From Candidatus Wolframiiraptor gerlachensis (GTDB taxonomy: Archaea > Thermoproteota > Nitrososphaeria_A > Caldarchaeales > Wolframiiraptoraceae), in NCBI GenBank assembly GCA_021323375.2, contig JAJPCT020000005.1, positions 1 through 40,370 on the forward strand: a stretch of DNA of 40,370 bases, read 5' to 3'. The notes beneath the pieces were generated by a model. It ran no database searches, was not told where the DNA came from, and saw only the letters and a list, made by a program, of their open reading frames with translations. The first letter of the stretch is position 1. Every line of letters begins with the position of its first letter. The translations under genes were made by a program, and so were the position numbers. Positions 18,070-27,165 of this stretch are shown piece by piece.

Positions 18070-19059
18070 TCAGGCCCTCTTCCTCTTAGCCGCGAGCCTC
18101 GCGAGGAACGCCATCAGCTGAACCTCCGGCGTCGCCCCCTCGGATATCCTATAATCCACCTCGCCGAGCAGATCCAGCAGCTCAAGCTTATCATCCTCGT
18201 CCAGATCAATATAGAATAGCTCGCGGTAGATCGCGGAGATAAGGTCGCTCGGCATTATCCCTTGGATATAGAGGAGCCTCCTAACCTCATCCCTAGCATC
18301 CGTGAACTTCCCTGAGAGGGCTAGCTCCAGTATCCTCCTAACCTCGCCCCTACTAACATATCCCATGACCTCGTAGACTGTCTTCTCCTCAATCTTCTTG
18401 GAGATAGAGGCGCACGCCTGCAGGATGTTTATCGCCTTCCTCATATCACCTTCAGAGAAATCATAAATGACCTCATATGCCTGATCATCAACCTCAAGCC
18501 CCTCATTATCCGCTATCCGCTTGAGATACTGGATGACATGAATCTTGCTAAGCGGCTTGAACCTGAAGACCGCGCACCTCGACTGTATGGGCTCGATTAT
18601 CCTGTTGCTGTAGTTCGCGGCCAAGATGAACCTACACGTCACGGAGAACTGCTCCATAACCCTCCTGAACGCGTGCTGCGCATCATCCGTGAGCTGATCG
18701 CTCTCATCCAGGAAGAGGATCTTGAAGCTATACTCGCCCATCGGTATCTGTCTCGCGAACATCTTCACCTTCTCCCTGATCGTCTGGATTCCCCTCTCAT
18801 CCGACGCGTTTATCTCCAAGAAGTATCCATCCTCAATATAGTTGGGGCCGAATAGGTCCCTTGCGAAGGCGTGAGCCGTCGCGGTCTTCCCAACACCAGG
18901 GGGGCCGGCGAAGAGCATATGTGGAACAGCCTTCGTCTGGAGGATATTCTTCAGGCTGCTAACAACCTCCTCCTGATTCACTATCTCGTCAAGCGTTTTC
19001 GGCCTATATTTTTCAACCCATGGGAGCATCGAGACCTCTTTTAGGCTCAAAGAGCTCAC
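18070..19059 (-). CDS. rfcS: Replication factor C small subunit
   Basis: PWVEKYRP, GPPGVGKT, NASDERG, SRC and GDMRKAIN motifs. Confidence 0.96.
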   Translation of the reverse strand: MSSLSLKEVSMLPWVEKYRPKTLDEIVNQEEVVSSLKNILQTKAVPHMLFAGPPGVGKTATAHAFARDLFGPNYIEDGYFLEINASDERGIQTIREKVKMFARQIPMGEYSFKILFLDESDQLTDDAQHAFRRVMEQFSVTCRFILAANYSNRIIEPIQSRCAVFRFKPLSKIHVIQYLKRIADNEGLEVDDQAYEVIYDFSEGDMRKAINILQACASISKKIEEKTVYEVMGYVSRGEVRRILELALSGKFTDARDEVRRLLYIQGIMPSDLISAIYRELFYIDLDEDDKLELLDLLGEVDYRISEGATPEVQLMAFLARLAAKRKRA

Positions 19060-19112
19060 CTAGGAAATTAGATGCCATGACTGGTAATTAGATCTTTCTC
19101 AGAATCCGGGGG

Positions 19113-19883
19113 TCATACCTTCAGCCTGAATAGCTCAAGCGCATTCCGGGTGGTTTTATCCTCAACCTCCTCCAAGGATATGCCCTTAATCCTGCTTATC
19201 CACTCCGCCGAGACCTTCACATTCCTCGGATGATTTACCTCATCTCTTGAGGGCGCAAGAACAGGGGCATCGCTCTCTAGGAGGAGATTCTCAAGCGGGA
19301 GCTTCTCGACGAGCTTCTGCTTCTGCCTGCTTCTAGCTATTGATGGAGGTATGCTGAACATGTATCCCCTGCTAGCAGCCCTAGCCGCATAAGATGCGTT
19401 GCCATCAAAAGCATGCATCACGACGCGCTCAGCCCTCTTGCGCACAAGGATCTCGAGGGCATACCTCCCAGCACTTCTCGAGTGAACTATGATCGGCAGG
19501 TCAAGGGATTTAGCGAGATCTATGAACTCCTCGAAGACCATTTGCTGGAGGGCTCTCTGATCCCTGTTGCCGCGCCAGTAGTCAAGCCCAACCTCGCCGA
19601 CAGCGACAATCCTCGACCTCTCCCTCTCAATCAGCCCGAGAACATCCTCATAGCCCTCCAGCTCATATGGTGCTATGCCTATTGATGGATAAATTCTTGT
19701 GTAATCGGAGATCTCCAGCGCCCTTAGAGCATCTTGATATCCCAGGCCCGAGGTTATGATCACGGCTACACCGGTCTCAACAGCCTCCCCAACCACCCGG
19801 GACACACGGCCCTCAAACTCCCGCGCGGTGAGATGACAGTGGACATCTACCAGCAAAGCCGTCTCATAAACAGATGACGCCAT
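19113..19883 (-). CDS. tatD: TatD family nuclease
   Basis: DVHCHL, GEVGLDY, VHSR, MHAF and ESDAP motifs. Confidence 0.9.
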   Translation of the reverse strand: MASSVYETALLVDVHCHLTAREFEGRVSRVVGEAVETGVAVIITSGLGYQDALRALEISDYTRIYPSIGIAPYELEGYEDVLGLIERERSRIVAVGEVGLDYWRGNRDQRALQQMVFEEFIDLAKSLDLPIIVHSRSAGRYALEILVRKRAERVVMHAFDGNASYAARAASRGYMFSIPPSIARSRQKQKLVEKLPLENLLLESDAPVLAPSRDEVNHPRNVKVSAEWISRIKGISLEEVEDKTTRNALELFRLKV

Positions 19884-19946
19884 CTAATTATGATTTCCCG
19901 GCCCCCGGCCCCGATACAGCTTAGGGATAACGAAAAGGTGGTATGG

Positions 19947-20576
19947 CTATTGTTGCCTCGGCTTCAAGATTATCTTTCCACCGATTATCGTGCTGCTGGG
20001 TATCAGCACCTTAGTCCCATCAGCCTTGGCAATGATCGTGAAAAGTGTTGTAACATCCTCCACCACACCCTCCTCGCCGGCTACAATCACAGAGTCACCT
20101 ATCTTGAAGGGTCTTGCTATCAATAGGAACAGGCCGGCTATTGTCTGCCCTAGGACTTGCTGGGATGCGAAGCCTATGACCATGCCTATGAAGCCTCCGA
20201 GCGCCACGCCAGCCGCTCCTCCAGCAACCCCGCCAGCTATGGCCGCTAGCATTCCGCCGATGCCCACAAACCTGACGACATTTCTTATGGCAGCTGCTGT
20301 CGGGTGACCATACCTGCCGACGGTAGACCAGTAGAAGAAGCTAGCCACAGCACCAGCGATCAAGAAGCCAAAGGACAGCGCCAAGAGGATCTGGACATAA
20401 ACCTCGTACTCCCCTAAGCTCATCCCAAACTTGGGGAAAATATCAGCGATGAGATATTTCACAAACGCCGATACCGCAACATAAAGAACGATATAGACGA
20501 TCAACCTAACTATAGACTTCGAGATATTCCTGGCAATCTCGGCGGGGGTTAGCTCTTTCTGAACTTGCGCCACCAT
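19947..20576 (-). CDS. Small-conductance mechanosensitive channel (MscS family)
   Basis: Transmembrane helices, G/A-rich pore helix GFASQ, and RPFKIGD. Confidence 0.85.
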   Translation of the reverse strand: MVAQVQKELTPAEIARNISKSIVRLIVYIVLYVAVSAFVKYLIADIFPKFGMSLGEYEVYVQILLALSFGFLIAGAVASFFYWSTVGRYGHPTAAAIRNVVRFVGIGGMLAAIAGGVAGGAAGVALGGFIGMVIGFASQQVLGQTIAGLFLLIARPFKIGDSVIVAGEEGVVEDVTTLFTIIAKADGTKVLIPSSTIIGGKIILKPRQQ

Positions 20577-20663
20577 GAAAACGCCTCCATAGTGCTAACC
20601 TTTGTTACTCCTTGTTACTTTTGGGAATAAAAAAGTTTTAGAATAGAAAAAGGTGAGGATGTG

Positions 20664-21218
20664 TCAGCTTATTAGGCGGAGTATTGCTGAAGCCAGTGGC
20701 TCTGATAGCCAGGCTACACCTTGGCTTGCGACCAGTGAGATGGCAACGAATGTGCCGAACAATATCACTGCCGTCGCGATGTTTCCATTCTTTAGCTCTG
20801 CCTCTATGTCGAATTCTTTTATGTCTGTTACTCCTGGCAACTTCTCAGCTGCTCTTACAAGCCATCTGTAAACCCTTGATTGAGCCCAGACTATTAGGAC
20901 TATTGCGAGCGGTAGGCCTACAAATAGCTGGATGAGACCAGCTATTAATGCTGCTAGGTTGAATTGCCCCGGTATAACTGCCCTGCTAATGCCGGTCACC
21001 GCTTGCCCAACAACATTTCCAACGGCTATCAGTATTCCCGCGATGTATATCGCCACAGCAAGATTTCTCTTGCGTATCTCCTCAAATTCATTTATCGTCT
21101 TCGTGGTTTTATCCAAGATATTAAGGGCTATGGTTATGCTGAATAGCGCCAAGGCTACGCCTAGAATCAACTGCAGTATTCCTATCCCGATATCTAGCAG
21201 GCTATACCACCAGCTCAT
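20664..21218 (-). CDS. DUF350-like membrane protein (internal duplication)
   Basis: Two repeats: INEFEEIRKRNLAVAI and FDIEAELKNGNIATAV. Confidence 0.7.
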   Translation of the reverse strand: MSWWYSLLDIGIGILQLILGVALALFSITIALNILDKTTKTINEFEEIRKRNLAVAIYIAGILIAVGNVVGQAVTGISRAVIPGQFNLAALIAGLIQLFVGLPLAIVLIVWAQSRVYRWLVRAAEKLPGVTDIKEFDIEAELKNGNIATAVILFGTFVAISLVASQGVAWLSEPLASAILRLIS

Positions 21219-21354
21219 AGGCTCTACAGCGTACAGTTAAGCAGAATTTGTTTTTAAATCTTTTCCTAATAGCCATTATAGACTACTCGCATCCGTAGGA
21301 TCTTATTCGGCTTTCGGGGGAAATCTTTTAAGAGGCTTGGCTGGATGTATTGGC

Positions 21355-22011
21355 ATGCCATTCAAGTATGGTGAGGTGGAGGTTACCTGGCTTGGTCACG
21401 CGGCTTTTATGATATCCCATCGCGGGAACATCATATATGTGGATCCATTCAATATCTATCCTAAGGGGAGGGCGGACATAATCCTCGTAACGCATGAGCA
21501 TTTCGATCACCTGAGCCTTGAGGATATCAAGAAGATCGTTAAGCCGGAGACATATATCATCGCGCCAGAGAATTGTAGGGATAAGCTTAGGCTCCTGAAG
21601 ACGGGGGTTGTTAAGCTTGTGAAGCCGGGCGATAGCGTGGAGATTAAGGGCGTGAGGGTCGAGGCTGTCCCGGCCTATAACGTGAACAAGTTTAGGGCTC
21701 CGGGAATAGTCTATCATCCGAGGGAAGAGGGCTCCGTGGGGTATGTCATTGAGCTGGATGGGGTGAGGATCTATCATGCCGGGGATACGGATTTCATCCC
21801 AGAGATGAGGGGCTTGAACGTGGATATAGCACTCGTTCCCGTGAGCGGGACATTCGTGATGACAGCCGAGGAGGCTGCTGAAGCCGTTAACACATTCAAG
21901 CCCAAGATAGCGATACCGATGCACTATGGCGCTATCGTTGGCTCAAGGGCTGACGCCGAGCGATTCAAGGAGCTCGCGAAGGTAAACGTCGTGATACTGG
22001 AGAAGGAGTAG
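21355..22011 (+). CDS. Metallo-beta-lactamase fold hydrolase (UPF0173-like)
   Basis: WLGHA, THEHFDH, YHAGDT and IPMHYG motifs. Confidence 0.9.
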   Translation: MPFKYGEVEVTWLGHAAFMISHRGNIIYVDPFNIYPKGRADIILVTHEHFDHLSLEDIKKIVKPETYIIAPENCRDKLRLLKTGVVKLVKPGDSVEIKGVRVEAVPAYNVNKFRAPGIVYHPREEGSVGYVIELDGVRIYHAGDTDFIPEMRGLNVDIALVPVSGTFVMTAEEAAEAVNTFKPKIAIPMHYGAIVGSRADAERFKELAKVNVVILEKE

Positions 22012-22017
22012 GAGCTA

Positions 22018-23169
22018 CTAGGAGACGGGGCGGAACACGATCCCTAGCTCCTCGGCATAACGATAGGCCTCCTGCATCTCATTCCAGCTCGGCCTCCTAG
22101 CAACATCCGGATACTTATCCGGGTTTCTCAGGACAAGATACTCCGGCCTATACTGCTCCATGATATTCACCAAGACCCTGTCCCCAATGTTCTCCGCAAT
22201 CCACCTCAGGATCGGCTTAGTATCGCATTCAAGATGATTTGGGAGGACTAGATGCCTTATGATCATGTCGCCGTGCCTCGCTGCTAGGAGGTGATTTCTC
22301 GTGACAGCCTCCCTGTATCCGAGCTTTCCGCGGACATTCGAGAGCCTCGCGGCACAATCATTACTCCAGTATTTGAAGTCGGGGAGCCATATATCGACGA
22401 GGTCGAGGAGGAGCTTCATGGACTCCATGCTAAGATACATGTTGCTATTCCAGAGTATGGGTGCGTTCACATCCAAGTATTTCAGAGATTCTATGATGAT
22501 CCAGGTGTTGGGTGTCGGGTCGCCTCCCACGTAGTTTATGTTCGCCGCTCCCTCGAGCCTTAGGTTCTTCGCTATTAGTGCCAGCTTTCTCGCATCAACC
22601 CTCACGCCAGCGCCCTCAAATCCTCCCCTCGGATGCGAGATATCCCAGTTCTGGCAGAAGACGCAATGGAAGTTGCATGATACGAAGAATATCGTGCCCG
22701 AGCCGCCCTGCCCCTCCGTCCCGATCAAGGGCGCCTCCTCGCCATGATGATGGAAGAATGATGCCACATATGCCTCGTCTCTAAGCCCGCAGACACCCCT
22801 CTGGCCCGAGATCCTATCAACCTCGCATCTCCACTCGCAGAACCTGCACCTCTTCAGAATCCTCCTAGCAAGCTCTATCTTAACATCGAGATATGATGGG
22901 CTGGCCGGCTTAAGCCTCTCCTCATCAACACCGGATCCATACATCTGCTTGAAGAGCTCCTCAGCCTCCTGATGAAGCTCCTCATGCATTCTCCAGAGCT
23001 CCCCCTCCCCGAGATCATGGATATTGCCCGGAGCCCTAACCGCTCTCACGATCATGAACTTGGCCGGCGTCTCATTCAACATTACAGAACGATACCAGCT
23101 AAGCCTCCTCCGCACCTCGGAATCGTTCCAGACCAAGACCGCGTCAGGCCTAATGATCCTGACCCACAC
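22018..23169 (-). CDS. Radical SAM protein, PflX-like
   Basis: CRFCEWRC, HHGEE, CNFHCVFCQNWDIS, GGDPTP, DFKY and RHLVLP motifs. Confidence 0.88.
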   Translation of the reverse strand: MWVRIIRPDAVLVWNDSEVRRRLSWYRSVMLNETPAKFMIVRAVRAPGNIHDLGEGELWRMHEELHQEAEELFKQMYGSGVDEERLKPASPSYLDVKIELARRILKRCRFCEWRCEVDRISGQRGVCGLRDEAYVASFFHHHGEEAPLIGTEGQGGSGTIFFVSCNFHCVFCQNWDISHPRGGFEGAGVRVDARKLALIAKNLRLEGAANINYVGGDPTPNTWIIIESLKYLDVNAPILWNSNMYLSMESMKLLLDLVDIWLPDFKYWSNDCAARLSNVRGKLGYREAVTRNHLLAARHGDMIIRHLVLPNHLECDTKPILRWIAENIGDRVLVNIMEQYRPEYLVLRNPDKYPDVARRPSWNEMQEAYRYAEELGIVFRPVS

Positions 23170-23212
23170 GGGGCTCCCATGAATAAGGCTCTTGGATCAC
23201 GCTAAAAAGGAT

Positions 23213-23746
23213 TTAGTCTTTGAAGGATGGTAGCCTCACGCCTCTCTGGCCCTGATACTTGCCCTTATACGGCTTCTCCACTGGCGATGAGAGCTTGGCG
23301 AATACGACGTGTAAAAACCTGTCACCAGAGTAGAGCTTTACGGGAAACTCCCCCCCAACAAGTTCTATCGTGAGCTGCCCCTCGAAGTTCGCGTCAATTA
23401 TCGTCGGCGGTATTGTCAAACCTATCCTCGCATAACTGCTCCTCAAGTTTACGAAGCCCATGAGGTCTAGGGGAAGCTTGATGTATTCCATCGTGTGTAG
23501 GAGGACGTGCTCCCTCGGCCTTATCAAGAAGCTGTCACCCTCCTCTATCTCATAGAACTCTGCGATGTCGTCGCCGTGCACGTCTAGAACCTTATCAATG
23601 GACTTGAGTCTCGCCATCTGCCTTCCAATCCTAAGGTCGAGGCCGTTCTCCCTAACAACGTCGTCCCTGAATGGCTCTATCACGAGCCTCCCACTCCTGA
23701 TATAGTTCCAGAGGTCGAAGTCACTCAGGATCAAGCGCCCTCTCAC
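23213..23746 (-). CDS. dcd: dCTP deaminase
   Basis: NGLDLRIG, RSSYARIG, IDANFEGQLTIE and YKGKYQGQRG motifs. Confidence 0.93.
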   Translation of the reverse strand: MRGRLILSDFDLWNYIRSGRLVIEPFRDDVVRENGLDLRIGRQMARLKSIDKVLDVHGDDIAEFYEIEEGDSFLIRPREHVLLHTMEYIKLPLDLMGFVNLRSSYARIGLTIPPTIIDANFEGQLTIELVGGEFPVKLYSGDRFLHVVFAKLSSPVEKPYKGKYQGQRGVRLPSFKD

Positions 23747-23842
23747 CAGCCAACATCATGCTCAGCTTAAGGGCTTAAAGAAATTTCTCCCAAGCTTAGT
23801 GCCTCCGGGAACATGTGGAGGCATCCTCGGATATTGCCTAGG

Positions 23843-24607
23843 TTACACCTCGATCACATCAAAGTCCCTGGGAGCGTAAACCATCACACCTAGCTTCTCC
23901 CTAAAACTCTCCAAGTATTCCTGGAGCCTCTCTTCCATCTCAGGGTAGATGTGCGTGAGTATGAGGATCTTCGGGCATATCTCGCTGGCTATTCTCATGA
24001 GATCTTCCGCGGATGTATGCTTGCCCTTGAGCCTGTCAGCGGGGAATGAGCACTCATGGATTAGTATACCTGTCCCACGAGCAAGCTCTATAAGCCTTGG
24101 ATCGGGCGCCGTGTCGCCGGAATAAGTTATCGAGATCGAGGGGAGGTCTATCCTATACGCGACGCCATTAAAGTGCTCGACGGGCTTAGATCTTAGGATT
24201 ATGCTGGGCTCAAGTTCCAGCACATCATCCCAAACCTCATGGATCTCCACTAAGTCGCGGCAGCCGAGATCCGAGAGATAGCCGAAAAGCCTTCGATCAG
24301 AGACTAGTAGATCAAGCATTTCATTCACGCCTCGGGGCCCGAAGACCCTGAACAATTTTCTACTTGAGAGGGCTCTCAACTTCATGAATGGCAGGAGATC
24401 AGAGACATGGTCCATGTGGAGATGGGTGACTAGGATTATGTTGATGCTCTCGGGATCCATGCAAATTCTCCTAAGCTTCTCTAGGACCCCGGGCCCTATA
24501 TCGAGGAGGATTCTAAGCCCGTTATCGGCCTCGAGCAGTATTCCGGAGGAGAATCTCTGGCTCGTGGGTATTATGGATCCTGTCCCGAGGAAGATGAGCC
24601 TTGGCAG
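23843..24607 (-). CDS. RNase Z-like MBL-fold hydrolase (probable CTG start)
   Basis: The frame stays open 49 codons upstream of the ORF-track start and adds RLIFLGTGS...LLDIGPG; also THLHMDH, YSGDT, HECSF and THIYP. Confidence 0.85.
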   Translation of the reverse strand: MPRLIFLGTGSIIPTSQRFSSGILLEADNGLRILLDIGPGVLEKLRRICMDPESINIILVTHLHMDHVSDLLPFMKLRALSSRKLFRVFGPRGVNEMLDLLVSDRRLFGYLSDLGCRDLVEIHEVWDDVLELEPSIILRSKPVEHFNGVAYRIDLPSISITYSGDTAPDPRLIELARGTGILIHECSFPADRLKGKHTSAEDLMRIASEICPKILILTHIYPEMEERLQEYLESFREKLGVMVYAPRDFDVIEV

Positions 24608-24610
24608 CAG

Positions 24611-25303
24611 CTACTCCCTCCGGGACAGGATCTCAACCCATGGATTGTCTACGAGATATGAGGGGAGGCTGCCCACGCGTTTCACCTCGGCAGGAGGCAT
24701 GGATTCAGCGCGCTCGGATTTCTCCCCGACCGCGGGCGATGCAAGGCCGCTTCTCTCAAGCCTTGCCACCCTCTCAATTAAGCTTCGATGATCCTTCTCA
24801 AGTCTATCAAGCCTCGCCTCAAGCTCCTCAATCACTCTTAGTAGCTTCGAGATCTGCTTCTTCAATTCAACAATTTCTTGGGAGCTGGTGTGTGCATTCC
24901 GTTCATGCCCCTCAAGCCTCTGGTGGGCTTCCCTCCTCTCCCTAAACCTCGGCGGAATAATCTCCTCCGCCCCCATCCTATCATAAATTATCAGCCCGAA
25001 GCCGTGCAGTATCATCACATTATCATCTATCGCCTTGGCATATTTTCGTGGGACGGCTATGCAGACGCCATCATACCTCGACTTCATCTTCTCCGCGTGG
25101 AGGAGGGCGTCTTGGAGAGCGCCCTTGCTCATCAAGGCATCCTCATCAAGGATGCTCACAAATATCTCCCTAGACCCATCGGATAATATGAGCCTGCTGG
25201 AGTAGAGTGACTCGGGATCTCTCCCCCTCTCCACCTCATAGAATCCCTCCTCCTCATAGAATGCTGAGATCACGTCCTCGGGGGCGAGGCGGTTACGCGA
25301 CAT
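24611..25303 (-). CDS. Arcadin-2-like crenactin-binding protein
   Basis: Directly downstream of and overlapping crenactin; coiled coil; C-terminal DNPWVEILSRRE resembles the arcadin-2 tail (recalled as ENEWVKILRSKR). Confidence 0.75.
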   Translation of the reverse strand: MSRNRLAPEDVISAFYEEEGFYEVERGRDPESLYSSRLILSDGSREIFVSILDEDALMSKGALQDALLHAEKMKSRYDGVCIAVPRKYAKAIDDNVMILHGFGLIIYDRMGAEEIIPPRFRERREAHQRLEGHERNAHTSSQEIVELKKQISKLLRVIEELEARLDRLEKDHRSLIERVARLERSGLASPAVGEKSERAESMPPAEVKRVGSLPSYLVDNPWVEILSRRE

Positions 25304-26561
25304 ACATCCACCCCTCCATCCTCTCCCATTTCCACTCATAGTCATGTGGGACTGCGTAGCCATAGACTATACAGCCCCTCCAGACGGAGTATTTTGGATC
25401 CTCGACGATCGAGACATTGGCTCCCTCTATCTCCTTCTCGAGTAGCTGTTGTCTCAGCTTCTCATCAGGCCTGACAGCTATCCCTTCAAGGCCCTCTGGC
25501 ACACTCCAGCTAAAGTTCCCGCCGGAAAGAAGTATCTTAGAGTATAGGTGGGGCTGAAGCTCTATCGAGCATCTCTCGACCGACATTATCACCGCCTCAG
25601 CCATGTCCATCATGCCGTAGAAGTACGTGTCCCCGATCTTGATGTCGCTTGGCTTAGGCATGCCCCTCGCGAAATAGCTCTGGAAGATCTCATGGCCTGG
25701 GTTGAAGATGAACTCTCCTATCAGGAACCTAGTCCACGCCATGTCATCCAACAAGATCTTGATCCTCGTCCCTGGGATCTTGAGCGAGACCCTAACCTTT
25801 TCCGGATTACTCTTTGCATACCTGATGGCCTCGTCCAAGTTTCTCGGAATGAGCCCGATCTTCTCCTTGACCAGCCTAACAAAACTCTCCTCCTTCGCGA
25901 GATCGCCATAGCCCGCGTCCTTCAATATCTCCATTGTGAGCGTATTAGCGGCCCCTCCACCCCGATTAAGTGCTATAACCGCGTTTCTTACAGGATACAT
26001 CGAGATCGGGCATATCTGCGTGTTCCCATGACCCGACTCGACTACCGTGCATGTTGGCGTCTTCTGGGAGATCGCGACCGCGAGGGGCTGCGGTATTATC
26101 GTCGCAGCCTTAACGAGAACCCTATCACGATTAAGATCCCGGAAGATCTCGAAGAGCCTCTCATACATGTATCTGGGTGAGACGATTGAAATGCTCGCGA
26201 CCACGTAGAACCCCTCAAACTCCTCGTCGGATGGGGCGAAGCTCTCGAGAGCGTATCTCGTGAGCTCCCTTATAACCCTCCAAGCCCGCTCATCATCCTT
26301 TGCTATGACGCCGTTTCGCATTGGGTAGACCATCCGCTCCGCTAAGTCCTCCCGCGACTCGAGAAATCTCGGAATATCCTTGCCAACAACAATCTCCCTG
26401 TCAACACCCATTATCCTCGACATGAGGGAACTCCTATCGATGAAGTATCCCCTATTCTCGATTACCTCCGGCACTTCTCCCAGGGCTATCGGCCCGAACT
26501 TGAAGTCGCTCGTCCCATAATCCAGCCCGAAGACATATTCCCGCTTATACTCCTCGCTCAT
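25293..26561 (-). CDS. Crenactin (archaeal actin)
   Basis: GLDYGTS, PQPLAVAI, ESGHGN, LNRGG, AWTRFLIGE, LSGGNFSW, YSVWRG and EGW; strong recalled similarity to Pyrobaculum crenactin. Confidence 0.93.
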   Translation of the reverse strand: MSEEYKREYVFGLDYGTSDFKFGPIALGEVPEVIENRGYFIDRSSLMSRIMGVDREIVVGKDIPRFLESREDLAERMVYPMRNGVIAKDDERAWRVIRELTRYALESFAPSDEEFEGFYVVASISIVSPRYMYERLFEIFRDLNRDRVLVKAATIIPQPLAVAISQKTPTCTVVESGHGNTQICPISMYPVRNAVIALNRGGGAANTLTMEILKDAGYGDLAKEESFVRLVKEKIGLIPRNLDEAIRYAKSNPEKVRVSLKIPGTRIKILLDDMAWTRFLIGEFIFNPGHEIFQSYFARGMPKPSDIKIGDTYFYGMMDMAEAVIMSVERCSIELQPHLYSKILLSGGNFSWSVPEGLEGIAVRPDEKLRQQLLEKEIEGANVSIVEDPKYSVWRGCIVYGYAVPHDYEWKWERMEGWMYVA

Positions 26562-27097
26562 CTAATCCACCCCAACAGCTTATCAAAAATCCCCCTTCCA
26601 CTCTCCATACCAAGAATCCTTTCATGAATCTTCAGGGCGGCCCCGGAGTTAACCTCCCTCCAGCCAGCCCTATAGGATATTGTTAAGGCGCCATGCCTCG
26701 GGTAAGCATCAACCCTAAGCTCCACGCCGGAGAACCTCACCCTAGACCTGTAAACGCCATCCTCCGGGAGCTGTATCCCAAGACCCCCAGCAGCCGCCCT
26801 AGCATCCCCACCCCTTAAATGATAATAAACATCCACGTACCAGCACTCCCTGACAAGAAGACCTAGGAGGCTTCTAAACTCATCGGGCTCCGCAGACTTT
26901 ACAAGAATCATCGCCTCATCCCCCGAGAGGCTGGTAGCCCTAAACTCGGCCCTAAGCGAGCCCCTCAGAATACTGTTCCCATCAAGGGTGTAGCCAGCAG
27001 CCCTTAACGCCTCTAGAACAACATCTATCCCCTGGCTGCCGGGCTGAAGTCTGCAGACAAGCCTAATCTCACGGCTACCGAGCGATCCCTCTGACAC
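26558..27097 (-). CDS. Uncharacterised protein coupled to crenactin, with an amphipathic C-terminal tail
   Basis: ATGA stop/start overlap with crenactin; ends RGIFDKLLGWIR. Confidence 0.7.
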   Translation of the reverse strand: MSEGSLGSREIRLVCRLQPGSQGIDVVLEALRAAGYTLDGNSILRGSLRAEFRATSLSGDEAMILVKSAEPDEFRSLLGLLVRECWYVDVYYHLRGGDARAAAGGLGIQLPEDGVYRSRVRFSGVELRVDAYPRHGALTISYRAGWREVNSGAALKIHERILGMESGRGIFDKLLGWIR

Positions 27098-27165
27098 CCC
27101 TTCTCCGGGGAGAATCTACCTCAGCCATAGGATATATTTTGGGGGGTTGGGTGAAAGTGCCAGCC

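Noticed and set aside
25548-26180. 210-aa + strand ORF
   Set aside because: Antisense to crenactin; explained by codon bias.
26558-27097. Calling this gene arcadin-1
   Set aside because: Length and sequence do not match arcadin-1 as I recall it; position alone is not enough.
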